Positions 38,498-52,122 of a stretch of DNA of 64,000 nt are shown here, in pieces. Source of the stretch: Sarea resinae (Eukaryota); NCBI GenBank assembly GCA_026026165.1, contig JAPEUD010000009.1, positions 248,001-312,000 of the forward strand, read 5' to 3'. Position numbers and translations under genes: made by a program. Position 1 is the first letter of the stretch. Each line of letters opens with the position of its first letter. The notes under the pieces are model-generated. The model saw only the letters and a list, made by a program, of their open reading frames with translations, made no database searches and was not told the DNA's origin.

Positions 38498-40501
38498 TGT
38501 GAAGAGAGGTTGTTACTCGCCGGAGAAGGCAGGTCGATTACAGCTCAAGAAGCTTCTTCCATTCCCCGGCAGCGACGAATGATGGGCCTCGAAATGCAAT
38601 CCAGCGAAGACTGCAAGCTCTATCTTAACAGTGGGTGGTATGGATGAGATCAGGCCGTCCCACGAGAAGATTGAAGGTAAGTGAGGAGAGTGAGTTTGTG
38701 GGAGCGAATGTGAAGACCTAGATCACGATAGAAAGAAGACACATGCTCATCGAGGTAGGATGAAGGTCAACGTAGGTATAAATGGCATGGAGCTTGTGAA
38801 TAAGATGTTCAATATGATCATAAGTTAATGAGAGGTGAATGGCAATTGAAATGGACGGCAATCATGATGTCTAAGATAGGTAGTTCTTCCATATTATTAT
38901 GAAGATTGTGTATTTCCTGAATCCTTGCCTTCCGCCTTGGGCTTTCGATATCGTTTACTCGAGTAAACATTTAGCTTGATGGTTAGTTACGCTTACTGTC
39001 TGCACGCAGTGCTTTCGGGCGGCGGACATCAGTGGCAGGCCGTCGTCACCCCGTAGGATCTAGGTAACCCTGGCACAATCAGTAGCGGTAATATCATGAA
39101 GATTAGACTGCCGGGACTTGATCTATCCGAGGTTTCGAACGCGGAAGCCGAGTACGAGTACTCTAGTCTGTAGTAGTCCCGTCTGCCACCGCGTAGGTAC
39201 CGGCTACCTTCCCATGATATGACTGTACTCGTAGTAGCTGTGCATCGCTTAGCAACCGATGACGACCTGGATATAGAGTCGCGTTACCTCCACTAAATCC
39301 ACAAGTCTTAGGTACTACGTTCGGTACGTCAGGTCACTTGGACATTGATGATTCTTGACCGGTGCGGGACAGCGTTTGCAAGCTGGAGACGGCAATCATT
39401 ACTTTCCATACTCGCAGCTCGAGCTGTTTTGAGTAATGGAATAATAAGACGGGAGACAGCTGACGCAAAATCTTCTTACACCGCTCCCTTGACCACCCGA
39501 CAGTCGAGTAGCATCCATGGATCAGGCCGAACTCCAATGCTACAGTACCTTAATGTCTGCTCTGGGTGCCCATCGCACGGTTCGAATTTACATCATGTAG
39601 ACATCTCGTGGCTTGCAGGTACTACGTACGAAGGCATCCGGATGGCAGCAAGAAGTACCTTAAAACACGCCTCCGCGGGCTCCTCCATGTGGCGTCTGTA
39701 ACTTAGGGTCTACCGCTCGGCTCAGCGCTCTATTTTGTGCATCGTCGCTGTCCATTTGGCACGTTAGGCTCCAGCCCACCCGAGAAGGGGTTTTCAGAGC
39801 TCAGTCCTTACGGAGAGGGGATGGAATCAGACATTCGTTGATCGGCTTCCCACACTCATGCGAACCACCAGTTAGTTAACTTCTAATCTTAAACATATAG
39901 AGTTCTGGAGCGAAATTGTCCCCTCTCGTCCTCGATTTCATGATCTCAGTCGTCAAGGTGCACCTTCTCGTACTTCATGAGTCAATATAGTGTCAGATTT
40001 TCAACGATGCTTGCATTAAGAATCTCATACTGTGTAATGAGTAGAATGACTCCAAAGAAATGGTGACTCATTCAAGGCCTGTGCAGAAAGGCGGGAGGGT
40101 TTAGAGTCACAGGACGCACGAATACTGACGAGTCTCTGCTGCCTTCCAAGGCTGGCATAAACATTACTGGGATCAGTTATCGGGCTCCAGCTGTTATCGT
40201 CGCCATCAGAAGTGGGAAATCATCAAGGTCATCATTGAAAGCGACCTTGATGACTAAGTCATCCAAGAGGCCGAGTACATATCCAACCTGGAAGTACCTA
40301 CCTTAGGATACAGCTGGAGAGGTGCTCCGTACTCCCGTCGTCCGTATTTGGCAGTGCAGGGCTTCACCCTACGACACCCCCGTCTCGCTTAGGTAATGCA
40401 CACACGAACCGATCGAATTCAAGATTAGAAGCGAGGCTCAAAGGTGCAATCGCCAACCACGACCAGCACTCGGAAGCATCGCCATCTCGAAATCAGCCAA
40501 G

Positions 40502-40861
40502 ATGCCGGTACGTTGAATGAAGAGATCTAGGAACATCAAAATCAGCTCTATCTCATCGATGATGGGACTTCTGCTATCATCCTCGTGTTTAGAGCATCCC
40601 GAAGAGTTGTACAGATGACTGACTTCCTCGACCTCAAACAGAGCCACAAATCCTTCCGCACCAAGCAAAAGCTTGCGAAAGCGCAAAAGCAGAACCGCCC
40701 CATCCCTCAGTGGATTCGCCTCCGGACCGGAAACACCATCAGGTACGATTTGGGCCAGGTCAAGTCAAGATCATGCAGAGGCGGCTGGCTGACATTTGTT
40801 GCGCTATGATAGATACAACGCCAAGCGGAGGCATTGGCGCAAGACTCGCATCGGCATCTAG
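40502..40861 (+). CDS. RPL39: 60S ribosomal protein L39, 3 exons
   Basis: [51 protein letters not shown]. Confidence 0.97.
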
Positions 40862-41503
40862 ACGACTCGTTTCCTTTCTCGATGTTCTGCGGCTATGGAT
40901 GTTGACGGGGGAGAAATGATTTCATGTGTCTGGGAGGGTCGTCACGCGTGATGTTGGACTGGACGATAGTCTGAACCGGGGAGTGGTTATGCCATCAAGA
41001 GAGGCGCGTGGATCACTGTTGCGAAACTACTTGCGAAACCCTCGATTCAATCTATCAAAAACTCTCCCGATCAAAATCATATGCGAAGTATTTCATGCTT
41101 TGATGAGTTCTCTAAAGGATGAAGGTCTTATTCAAACGACACACGGCGTGAACGCTCCCGGCTGCATGGACACTCTCTGGGTCTGAAAAGGGACTCAATT
41201 ATGAAGGTTTCACCCGACCCAGTTCGCCGCTACCACAGTTTTCCCGTCGCGAGCCTTGGATGTGCTACCAATGACCATCTGAGTATTGTATCCAAACAAT
41301 ATGCCGTTGCGCACTATAGGACCTCGCCCATCAATGTTGTGCCCCCTGATCACTTTAGCTTGCTCCGCGTAAATCATGCCCACGATAACACTAATGAGGT
41401 TTTCGGACCATCCTTCACAGCCAAAGTTTCTCAATCATTATTTGGTTGTTGGCCTTGGTGCGCCTTGATTGCTATGCTATATCTTTCATATCCTGTAAAA
41501 GCC

Positions 41504-42268
41504 CTAGAGCGCCGCGCTCTGCAGAGGTCAGTATACACCGTATCAATATCATTATTGTAGCCGGAGAAACTCACAACAAATCTTTCTAAACCCATTTCAA
41601 AAAGCTCGTTTGCTACACCAACGCCTCCCGAATGTTCTACTGGGCTGAGTGGATTCTTGACAACTATGTTTGATTAGCCCGTGCGACGAACCTATGTATA
41701 AATATCAAGAAGTTATACCAAATTCAACATATAGGTTCACGTATATCTGATGCAGCACGACGCGCAGGTTGTTGGTCTTGGTATCGGTAATCATAACGAA
41801 TCTCAGGTTCGTGGGCGTCTCGTAATAATGAAGTTTGTATTGGCTGGTGCGGTATGATATGAAGCTGAACGCCGTTACCTGGTCAGCATACCGGATCTGA
41901 GAGCATCACAGGTTGCAGAGGGAAGCACGCACTTATCGTCTTGCCCCCCCAATTTGCGTGCCATATTCCTCAGCGAAAAGATCGTGCCGAAGATGAGCTT
42001 CGCATCGTCCTGCGCGCTCAGGCGACTGGGTCTCTCGCCCACCCCATCCACTTCACGTTGGCTAGTTACACTCGATCCCGATTGGGGTCTCAGGGTTTTG
42101 CCAGTGCCGGCTGAGTCGGGCCGTGGCGTCCAGCTTTTGCTATAGACACATTCCGCTATCAACAAGACGTCAGCGTGCTTCTAGGGCAGAACCGGGAAAG
42201 TCATAGAGGAGGACGCGGGACGAGTGCTCACCATGCCGGTCAAATATGTGAAAGGAATACACGACCAT
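41504..42268 (-). CDS. BET5: TRAPP complex subunit Bet5/TRAPPC1 (sybindin family)
   Basis: MVVYSFHIFDRH|AECVY..DDAKLIFGTIFSLRNMARKL..YRTSQYKLHYYETPTNLRFV..VVKNPLSP..ELFEMGLERFV|SAAL*. Confidence 0.92.
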
Positions 42269-43004
42269 CTTGGTGAAGCATGGGGGACCGAGATTGATGA
42301 AGCCTGATATTCGAAACGCTATTGGAATGACAGAGAGTCTCGTGTGGATCGAAGCGCCTCTGCTCGATCTCGATCAATTTCCCGTGGATAAGGTAATTCA
42401 CATGGTCGCATTCTGGGACACTTGATATGAGTGACAGCTCGCCAGCCCAAGCAGCTACGCAGTACGTTGCCCTACCTTTTCGCTGTTCTGACTGTAGATG
42501 GCCGTACCGTAGATGTAACTACGAGCGTAGATCTACCGGAGTAGTACCTACGAGGTACTCCTGCCGAGGATAGGTGCGAATAAGGTTTGCCAAGCATCGG
42601 CCGGGACGCGGGGTGTCGGAGTCCGTCGCGTGGTGTGTCTAGGGATAAAGTCGGCCTGTGGGACCGTTGACGCTCGACGGTAGAGATCCAAAACAAAGCG
42701 GACGACCTAGAGATGATTTATGTGCGTGTTAGGAAGCCTCAATTGAACTCGTAGTCATCCTCGATCGCTAAGAACATTGCTGCAATGTCGATGATCAAAA
42801 TTGCAGCAACGAGGGAGTGAGGATCTATGCCACTGCGAAGTTCCCGTGCTGAGCCGCTGGGTACAAATCCCATACTCCACTATCGTGGGGCTTAAATCCG
42901 TGCATGTGCTGATACACCACGTCGAATCACCGTTTTGGATCAATGCACCTCACCAGTCATTCTTGATATTCTGATCATTCTCGCTCATTCACCCACTGGC
43001 GGCC

Positions 43005-45504
43005 ATGACGAGAGCGGCACCCTCCCGGAGTCTTCCCACACAGGGAGCATCTGCAGATAGCCCGGCAGTAAATACAGTTGGGCGGCCGCCACTGATCAAG
43101 CATATGTGTGTTGTACAAGACTGCCTAATGCCGCTGTCGACGACACTGATGCGAGAATCGCCATTTTAGATCTACTCCTACGTATGAGAGCCCGGTCCGA
43201 CATCATCAGAGAGCGCATTCGACACCCAGACAAGTAAAGGTAGTCGAAAACCTACCCGTCTCGCCTTCTCGCGTATATCTAATATGATGCCATGCAGGAG
43301 ACGCTCAATGCTCGGTCCGAATATACGAACAGCCAAGATGATGGAGTCGCTCAGCATCGCATCAATCAATATCTGATCCAGCAGGAGATAGGACGAGGGT
43401 CGTTTGGTGCCGTCCACTTAGCCGCCGACCAATATGGGAATGAATATGTGAGCTTCTAATCTGCTACCTTGGCTTTTCCTCCCTGATTTGCATTGCTTGT
43501 GCTTCAATTCTTCTTCTACGAGTGCTATCTGACACTCATTGCGCCTAGGCCGTCAAAGAGTTTTCTAAGTCGCGCCTGCGGAGGCGTGCGCAATCGAACA
43601 TTCTCCGTCGGCCGCACCCCGCCAGACGAGGCCGCTTGAGCCTCCACTCGCCGCTTCAGAAGCAAGGCTCAGGCCTACAGGAACAGGAGGAGACTCAGAA
43701 CCCTCTGTACCTCATAAAGGAGGAGATTGCTATCATGAAAAAGCTCAATCACCCGAATCTAGTGTCCCTCATTGAGGTTTTGGACGACCCGGAAGAGGAT
43801 TCGCTTTACATGGTACTGGAAATGTGTAAGAAGGGTGTGATAATGAAGGTGGGCTTGGAAGAGAAAGCAGATCCGTATGATGAAGAAAACAGCAGATGTT
43901 GGTTTCGGGATCTGATACTCGGCATCGAATATTGTGCGTCTTGCATATCTTTCATTGTAATACAACTGCTAATAGGCATGATGGATAGTACATGCGCAAG
44001 GCATTCTACACCGTGATATAAAGCCAGACAACCTCCTCCTTACGGAAGATGATGTCTTAAAGATTGTGGACTTCGGTGTGTCTGAGATGTTTGAAAAGCA
44101 ATCCGAGATGAAAACAGAGAAATCAGCTGGATCTCCGGCGTTCCTTCCGCCTGAGCTCTGCGTTGCAAAACATGGTGGGATCTCGGGGAAAGCTGCAGAT
44201 ATCTGGTCGATGGGTGTGACATTGTATTGCCTGCTCTATGGGAGGATTCCCTTCGAGAAGTCAAGCGTCCTTGACTTGTACGAGTCGATCAAAAACGATC
44301 CGGTTGACTATGGGGACAATTGTGACCCCGTACTCAAAGATCTCCTATCAAGGCTTCTCGAGAAAGATCCTGCTAAGCGAATCACGATGCCCGAGTTAAG
44401 GGTAAGGCTGCCGCTAAAATATACTTCTGGTCAATGTTCACTAACAGGAATAGGAGCATCCATGGGTAACAAAGGGAGGGACAGATCCGCTTTTATCTGC
44501 AGAGGAGAATACTGCGGACCTCGTTGAGCCACCAACAGAAGAGGAGATGAACTCTGCGATTACAGGTAATATGAGCAAGCTGTTAGTAGTGGTGAGCAAC
44601 GGCCGACCTGAAGCCACGGCAAACTTTTCAACTAACGAAACTCCAGATGAAAGCGGTCACCAAGTTCAAAAACCTCGTGACGAAGAAGCGGCCCGACCTC
44701 CTTTCGGGCTTCCTGGGTCGAGAGACACGAATCGTCCAGCCTCCTTTGTCAATATCGAGTCCGGATCCCCGAATAGGGTTACACAAGTCCAAGAGCATGA
44801 ATTTGTTCGACCGGAGGTCGTTGGAACAGGAGTTGACCCGGGGGGGTCTACATCGAGAAGTCGATATGTCGACGTTTGTGGAGAACGCTCTGCATAAGGG
44901 CGACTCTGAGGGCGGTGCACCGGACCAGCAAGCCACCAATGCTGCTTCTACACCACAACAAACAGACGGCGGAGGAGACAAGAAGACAACGGACACGGCA
45001 TCTGGTCCGAGTCCAATCGCGACTGCTGTACTAGCTGCAGCAGGCGGTAGCCGACCCTCGAGCGCCCTCGGAGGAAGGGGGCATGCTCACGATCCGAGAG
45101 AAGACAGCATCCTTCTACATGTCGGGCTTGGAGGCGATGACGCCTGCGGCGACGACGATCACATGACGGATACCCAGGTGGTCAGCGAGTCACCGCCGGC
45201 TACGGACATCAATATCTACGAGACGGCATATCGGGAGGAGATCGAGAGGATCCGACAAGCGCAAGGCAGCAGAGCTATGTACTATCTGACGCGGAGGGTC
45301 GAAAACCATAGCCCGGGTGGGGAAGCGGGGGGAGAAGGAGAGGAGGAGCAAAACGAAAATGAAAAAGAAGGGGGTCGGCAGTCAGGGGGGCCGTTGGGCG
45401 GTTTCGCGCAAGTTTTAGAGAAGGTCAGGCACAAGAAGGGTGTCGACTGGGGGGAGCTGGATGGCGGGGATGAGGATGAGGAGGAGGGAAATGACAAGGA
45501 GTGA
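43005..45504 (+). CDS. Ca2+/calmodulin-dependent protein kinase kinase (CAMKK/Ssp1/CmkC-like)
   Basis: HRINQYLIQQEIGRGSFGAVHLA..AVKEFSKSRLRRR..EEIAIMKKLNHPNLVSLIEVLDDP..HRDIKPDN..DFGVSE..GSPAFLPPE. Confidence 0.9.
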
Positions 45505-47075
45505 GAAGATGGTGGACAGTGATGATGCTGCTGCAGGTCAGCACAGGCACATATCAATCCGGCTTGAATCAGCCATTCTTGACTCCGTCGATATCGATAG
45601 ACGATCTGATCAGTCATTTCGCCCTTTTCCCCTCATCACTCATGGAAATGGACCAGTCCAGCCAGGCAGTCTCCACATGAGAATGAAAGCCCTCTTTCAC
45701 TACGCGCCTGAGCCGAGACCGGGTGCGCATACCTGAACATCATGGAAAGTGGGTGGTGTAACAAGAACAGCCGCAACGCAATAGACAGAATGAGTCGTTC
45801 AGGATAGTTGGACAGATAGACGTATGCATGGGTGCCCTCGAGGATATTCCCATGGTGACGGTGAAAGATCTACGTGTATATCCAATCAGAGCGTGTCTTC
45901 TGTGAAGATCCCGCCCGCCCAAAAAACATTGACAGCTCCGATAGCTGGACCGCCTCACCGCCCCCGGACTTTTTTGTGGGGCGGTAACAACATCGCAGTT
46001 GATCGTGGGGACGAATTAGAAGCTTGAAAGAGACCACACGGTCGGCTCCAGAAGACTCGATGTTGGCAGAAAGAGAGACGGAGAGACAGAGGGACAGAAA
46101 GAGGGATTGTGCATGTGTGGGTGTGTGTGCTTCCAGGAGAGTGAGATCGAAGAGTGCTTACTGCCGCCTCTACTTGGACAGGGCTGGATGCGGTGGAAGT
46201 CAAGAGGACTGCAAGAGATGCAAGCAACTCTGAAAGTGAAAAGGTGCATATATCGCGCACCGGGGCTCACCCGAGCAATGCAAGCAAGCAAGCAACGGGC
46301 TTGCCCTCCGGCGGCTCTCGCTCTGTTGCTGTTGCTGTTGCTGTTGCGGTTGTTGCATTACGAAATCGAATGGGTACGAGGTACTACGCATCTGTAGACG
46401 TAAGGACGGGATCGAGGGACCCTCGGACTACTACTGTATGTAGAGGCTGCATCCGTTGCTTACTAAGTCAAGTCAAATAGGGGGAGCATCTTGGTAGGGT
46501 TACGGGAAAGCCAATGGCGGGGTGAGGCATCCGTGGATGACGGCCGTGAGGTCGATTCTGTAGTGTTGTGTTGTGGAGCATGTGAAAGAAAGCTGCGCGG
46601 TGGGCTATCAGGTTTTCCATGCCGCCAACATCCCATTCTGTTTCTTTTTTTTCCATATTGCCGTAGTAGGGCAGCAGAGCCGGGACTACGATGAGAGTGT
46701 CGTGAGGGAGCACACCGTCCGGGGATAAGGTGGGTAGGTAGCTATCTGCCTCAGCTATCAGAGGACTACTATCATTAGGTACGATGTACTGTTTCGATGT
46801 AAGGTGGCCCATGTGGGATGCAGCTTCGCCTAGCGAGTGAGGCTGGCTCCATGATCAGGGCATGACTGGGGAACGCATGATGCAGTCACTGAGGTATCAT
46901 TATTCCGGCCATTATGCCGTCCACCGTGCGCCAAACACTGCCCTGATTCGAGGCAGCCTTGAGGTTCCATGAGATCGGCCATGCCTACCGCTGTAGAGTA
47001 GACGGATGAAAGGAGAGACGGAACGGCTTTCTGCATATCGAAGAGGTGAAATCAAATACATCGTCATATCCAGGT

Positions 47076-47113
47076 TCTGGGTTATCGTTACCCATCTGGG
47101 CTATCGTTACCCA
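47076..47113. repeat. 19-bp tandem duplication; each unit is self-complementary at its ends
   Basis: TCTGGGTTATCGTTACCCA TCTGGGCTATCGTTACCCA. Confidence 0.85.
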
Positions 47114-49032
47114 GACACTGTCTGCCTCTGTAGACAGTAGGGTAGAGTTGGAGGGTTTGAGAAGAGAAGCACGCTGGAATGACTTCGATTTGATGTACCT
47201 CCATCACCGAGCTAGAGCACCGAGGACAGACGCCAACATCTGATCTATCTCTTCGTCAAGACTCTCCCACGACTTGTCATGCTTAGATAGGTAGGCAGGT
47301 GGTCGGGTCACTTCGGGAAGCCGGTCATCCATGATCTCCAAAGTGTCCTCATAGCCCTTACAGCTGAAGCCTACAGAGCTCAGATGCACAACCGATCGGA
47401 GGAAATGGGGAGAATGGAAGGATTCAATCTTCTGGTGCTAAATGGAGAGGTCGACGCACGTGGCCATGACGTCGATGCTTTGCTGTACGGATGATCGTCG
47501 CAGGCGATGACCAGGGCAGGGCTCGGGCATGGACTCGAGTGCTGATGGGGCTGTGCTGGTTCTGGTGCTGGCGCTGGACAGTACATACTCCGGAGTAGTA
47601 TGCTCGGGAATTGAAGTCCTGCGTATGTTAGTAAGCAGAGAGAGTTCGATCGGGTACGCATCACCACTCGGGTCGATACACCGGTGGGTACAGTACTACT
47701 CCGGAGTATGTAGTCACGGACAATGGATCCATCCATATGCCCCAGTGAGGTACTGCGTACTCCGTAAGCGTAAGAGTACGATGAGAAATGAAAGATGGAA
47801 TGGATGGTGAGTGCCATCTCCGGGCTGCCGTTACGGATGCGGTATCTCATACCTAGGTCCCCTCGTACCTCCGTATGCGCCAATGCGCTGTGTACGAGGT
47901 AGCTCCGCTACGCGGATACCTCTGACGCTCGATGAGATACCAGCTACGCGATTTGTCAAGCGCGCATACGAGACAGAAAGAGGGACGTCCTCAGGTAGCG
48001 CCTTGGTCCTCTCGTTCCTGACGGTACCTTGGCATCAATTCCAAGGCGAGACAGTCTAGGGGGAAACAAGGGAAAAGCCAAGAAGCCAAGAAAGGATGTG
48101 CAACGGTGTTGCCGTAGATCGATAATTGTGAAGTAATCACAGCGGAAGTAGGACGCAGCAGCAGCAGCAAGCAGACAGGGGAAACAGTGCACGCAAGTAA
48201 GAATGCGAAGCCCAGCCGCTGCGAACAACGTTATGCAACATGCAATGCGCGCGGATTGCCGTGATACCTCCCTCCCTTGACTGGACCGCAGCATCCAATG
48301 TGGGCTGAGACTGAGATCAGCCCTTTCACGAGCCTTACATTACCTACCGGAGCCGCCTTATAACCCCGTAGACGCCGTCCGTCATGTAGAGACGGGAATT
48401 CAACGGATCAACTCCTCCTCATCCACTGCTGGCATCAGGGAGTGATCCCCACCCGTTTCCGCAGTAGCTGCTCGCCGCGGCATCCATTCCTCTCCTTCCA
48501 CCATAGATGGCCAAGATGAGATGATCTCAGCCACAACACGCCAACAGAACCAGGGCCGGCATTCGGACAAAGCTTGACCTTGACCTAGCAGCGGGGTGTC
48601 CATAGATGATCATGTCTGTTCCCCGCCCGGCGCCTTGGTCTGGCCAAGCCTCGAGTTGCCGCAGCTCCGTCTAAAGTGCGAGATTAGAGCCTACTTCATA
48701 CTCCGTACTCCTACTCGAGTACAGTACTACGATGAACCAGGGCAAGCATCTCCAATAACGATTCTTGATTCCCACCTCATCGCCCGAACGACCGAAGGCT
48801 GCATTGCCTTCATTAGATAATTATCCGTCTCGGTCTCCCTCTCTCACTCCTCCTGTTCTTGTCTTTATCCTCTCCACCTCAAGGTGAAAAAGGCTCGAAG
48901 AGGTTTGGTCTGCCGAGACTGGTACCTACTGGACACCAGGACAAAACGATACCATATCCTCTGTCTCTCTCCCTCTCTCTCTTTCTCCGGCGGACTCGAT
49001 TATTATTTAGTCGTCGTTGGCTTGTCATCGCT

Positions 49033-49036
<4 letters not shown>

Positions 49037-49063
<27 letters not shown>
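49037..49063. repeat. (GCT)9 microsatellite upstream of the HAL4-like kinase
   Basis: Nine perfect GCT units. Confidence 0.9.
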
Positions 49064-49541
49064 ACCGCCGCCGTCGCCGGAATCAGTCCAAGGTAGCGAC
49101 ATAGCGACTGTTACCGACAAGTAGTAGTCACATTCTACCGCTACTAGACCTCATACATAATCAAAATCTTAGCGGAGCCCTCTCTCCCCCCTCGCGCGAC
49201 CGAGAAATCTCGCCAGCCGCCATACGGCGTTTGTCATCAAGAATCCCGAAACCCCTCCCCTCAAACGCTGCTCATTATTTGCCAGAGCCGAGCGCATCTA
49301 ATCTCAGCTCCCTGCGGCGATTATCCCACTCTTCTTTCATACACCTACAGGATCGTCGTGCGCAGGGCAAGCAGTGCTCTCTTCACCTGTTTTGTGATCT
49401 CAACGCTTCAGATTTCTGGGCTTTGCCCATCCATATTTTCCCTCCTCTCTCTCTCTCCCTCTCTTCTCTTCCCGTTTGTGGCAACAAACAAGGCTAGGCG
49501 AAATAGTTGGCCCAGGAGAATTCTTTGATCCAATATTACAT

Positions 49542-51188
49542 ATGCCTCCGTCTCCGCCGCCAACTGGATCGACTGGATCGAATTCGTCGCTGCATTCACA
49601 AGAGGCGAATCTTCCCAGCGCCTCACCGATCGTCCAGGATGCCTCGAGCAATTTACAGGTCAACGGCAACGGTGCCACCACAGTCCCTCAGAGGAAGCCG
49701 ACCATCACCCATAGGCTGACCCGCATGTTTTCAAACACCCCGAAGAACGGCGTCAGAGAGGGAGACATTCCGAAAGACCTGCCTCGCGAATCTGTGAGTG
49801 AAGCCAGTGCCTCGGATACAGATACCTCCGTGGCCAGTAGATCGCGGTCCAGCTCAAAACCTACACCACAATCCAAGCCCACTCAGGTCAAGCCTACGCA
49901 AGTCAAGCCCACACCATCACGACAATCCTCGACAACGGACAAGAGAGCCATCCCTGCTCCCGAAGGCGAGAAAAGGGCAAATGGCACCAGCACCAGAAAG
50001 GAGGGGGATCCTTGTCCAGCATTCAGACGATTTCAAATGCATGAAGACGGGTCACATGAGCATCATCTCAAGAGCGCCAAGCGGCAGGAGAAGCTCTCTG
50101 TCATGCTACGCGATATGCTTGGAGGCAAGAAAAAAGAAGAACACATCGGAGAAGATCAACAGCTGTCGCTGATGTCCAGTTGGATCGACCAACTTAAGAA
50201 CGAGAAGGAAAGGCTAGCTTCTGATAAGAAGGGTGGACCGAGCGCAACCGCCAGTTTGATTGAAAAATACGGGAAATGCCAGGAGATCATCGGGCGTGGG
50301 GCTTTCGGCATCGTTAGAATATCGCACAAAACCGACCCAAAGGATAACCGGCTTGAGCAGCTATACGCTGTCAAAGAATTCCGGCGCCGACCACAAGAGT
50401 CTCCCAAGAAGTATCAAAAAAGATTGACTGCTGAGTTCTGCATATCCTCATCTCTTCGACATCCCAACGTTATTCACACGCTTGATCTCGTCGAGGATGC
50501 GAAAGGCGATTATTGCGAGGTCATGGAATTTTGCGCTGGTGGTGATCTGTACACTCTCGTCCTTGCAGCTGGGAAACTCGATGTGCTTGAGTCTGACTGC
50601 TACTTCAAACAACTCATGCGTGGCGTGGAATACATGCACGAGATGGGTGTCGCCCACCGGGATTTAAAACCTGAGAATCTGTTACTCACTACTCGCGGCG
50701 CCCTCAAGATCACCGATTTTGGTAACGGCGAATGCTTTCGTATGGCTTGGGAAAAAGAGGCTCACATGACCGCTGGGCTCTGCGGATCAGCTCCTTATAT
50801 TGCCCCTGAGGAATATGTGGACAAGGAATTCGACCCGAGAGCAGTAGATGTGTGGGCTACTGGCGTCATCTACATGGCTATGAGGACAGGCCGACATCTC
50901 TGGAGAGTGGCCAAAAAAGACGAGGATGAGTTTTACGAAAAATATCTTGAAGATCGGAAAGGCGAGGCTGGTTATACGCCTATTGAGACGTTACACCGGG
51001 TGAGCATAGGTCATTTTGAAAATAATCCATTATTCTTTACTAACAAATTTCGAAAGGCACGCTGTCGGAACGTCATCTATTCTATCCTTGATCCGAATCC
51101 CTCACGCCGGATCACCGCATCACAGGTCCTTAAGTCTGAATGGGGCCGCGAGATAAAACTCTGCAAGGCCGGAGAAGAAGGGTTCTAA
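49542..51188 (+). CDS. NPR/HAL-family Ser/Thr kinase (Hal4/Sat4-like), 2 exons
   Basis: EKYGKCQEIIGRGAFGIVRI..AVKEFRR..KRLTAEFCISSSLRHPN..HRDLKPEN..DFGNGECFRMAWE..CGSAPYIAPEEY. Intron 51000-51056. Confidence 0.9.
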   Translation: MPPSPPPTGSTGSNSSLHSQEANLPSASPIVQDASSNLQVNGNGATTVPQRKPTITHRLTRMFSNTPKNGVREGDIPKDLPRESVSEASASDTDTSVASRSRSSSKPTPQSKPTQVKPTQVKPTPSRQSSTTDKRAIPAPEGEKRANGTSTRKEGDPCPAFRRFQMHEDGSHEHHLKSAKRQEKLSVMLRDMLGGKKKEEHIGEDQQLSLMSSWIDQLKNEKERLASDKKGGPSATASLIEKYGKCQEIIGRGAFGIVRISHKTDPKDNRLEQLYAVKEFRRRPQESPKKYQKRLTAEFCISSSLRHPNVIHTLDLVEDAKGDYCEVMEFCAGGDLYTLVLAAGKLDVLESDCYFKQLMRGVEYMHEMGVAHRDLKPENLLLTTRGALKITDFGNGECFRMAWEKEAHMTAGLCGSAPYIAPEEYVDKEFDPRAVDVWATGVIYMAMRTGRHLWRVAKKDEDEFYEKYLEDRKGEAGYTPIETLHRVSIGHFENNPLFFTNKFRKARCRNVIYSILDPNPSRRITASQVLKSEWGREIKLCKAGEEGF

Positions 51189-52122
51189 CATTGAGTCCGA
51201 GGGCACAGTAGTGAACTCCGAGTGCATCCATCCTTGGCTTTCGAATCAGAACTTCTGAATCGTTGGTCACGGTTGATCATGCCATTTGTTCTCTCTGTTG
51301 CCCTTGGGCCCTCCGCCATTACGCGGCCTAGGACTGTGCTCTAGGCTGGCTGAAATTTTGTACCGCTCATATCCCGCGTTTGCGACGTCTTATTCTCGTT
51401 GAGAACCGCTGCATACCCTCGCGCGTTGTTTCTGCTCGTCTTCTTTCCCTGTCCCCATGCCGTGGACCCTGATGTTGAGCCGTGTCTTCAAAGGATCGAT
51501 CGTGCTCCATGTTTACGACAGTGTTGATATATTTTACGTCCCCTTTGCGTGGCGTCTGGTGTTTTAGAGCGGGAAACATACAAAGGGTGGCTGAGAAGGT
51601 CCGTCTGACCGACCCTCGAGCTGGTGGATGAATGAGGGGTAGTAGGTGACGATGGGTTATTGGTTGGTCTTGCTGTCATTGTTATCTAGTTAGGAGACGT
51701 GATCACGATTCTCGATGATTTTCATTCCTGATATACTCATGTGCATACTTAGGCTGAGGGATGGCTATATAGTAGAATTTATCTTGGAAGTATGACTATG
51801 ATTGTATCGCCACATTGTTCATTGCATCGAGCGAATCCCAGATGTAAGATGGGGACGATTAGTACATCTTGTGTCGTGCATAAAGTGACTTTGTGCTTGT
51901 ACACGTCTGACAGTCTCAGCCACCATTTCCACCCGATCAACGTACGAAAGCGGCGTCACCACCAAGTCGTAGTACCTTGCGCACTGCTGCCACTGCGTCT
52001 TCCAAACCCTCGATAGCGCCCACATACTTTGGTTTGAATTTTGCTCTGGGGACCGATATTACCGCCCTCACTGTTGTGCTTCGATTGAATAACGAGATCT
52101 CAAAGTCCGACAATTCTTCAAT

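Noticed and set aside
47204..47389. 61-aa protein-like minus-strand ORF in the long intergenic region
   Set aside because: No recognisable homology or splice partners.
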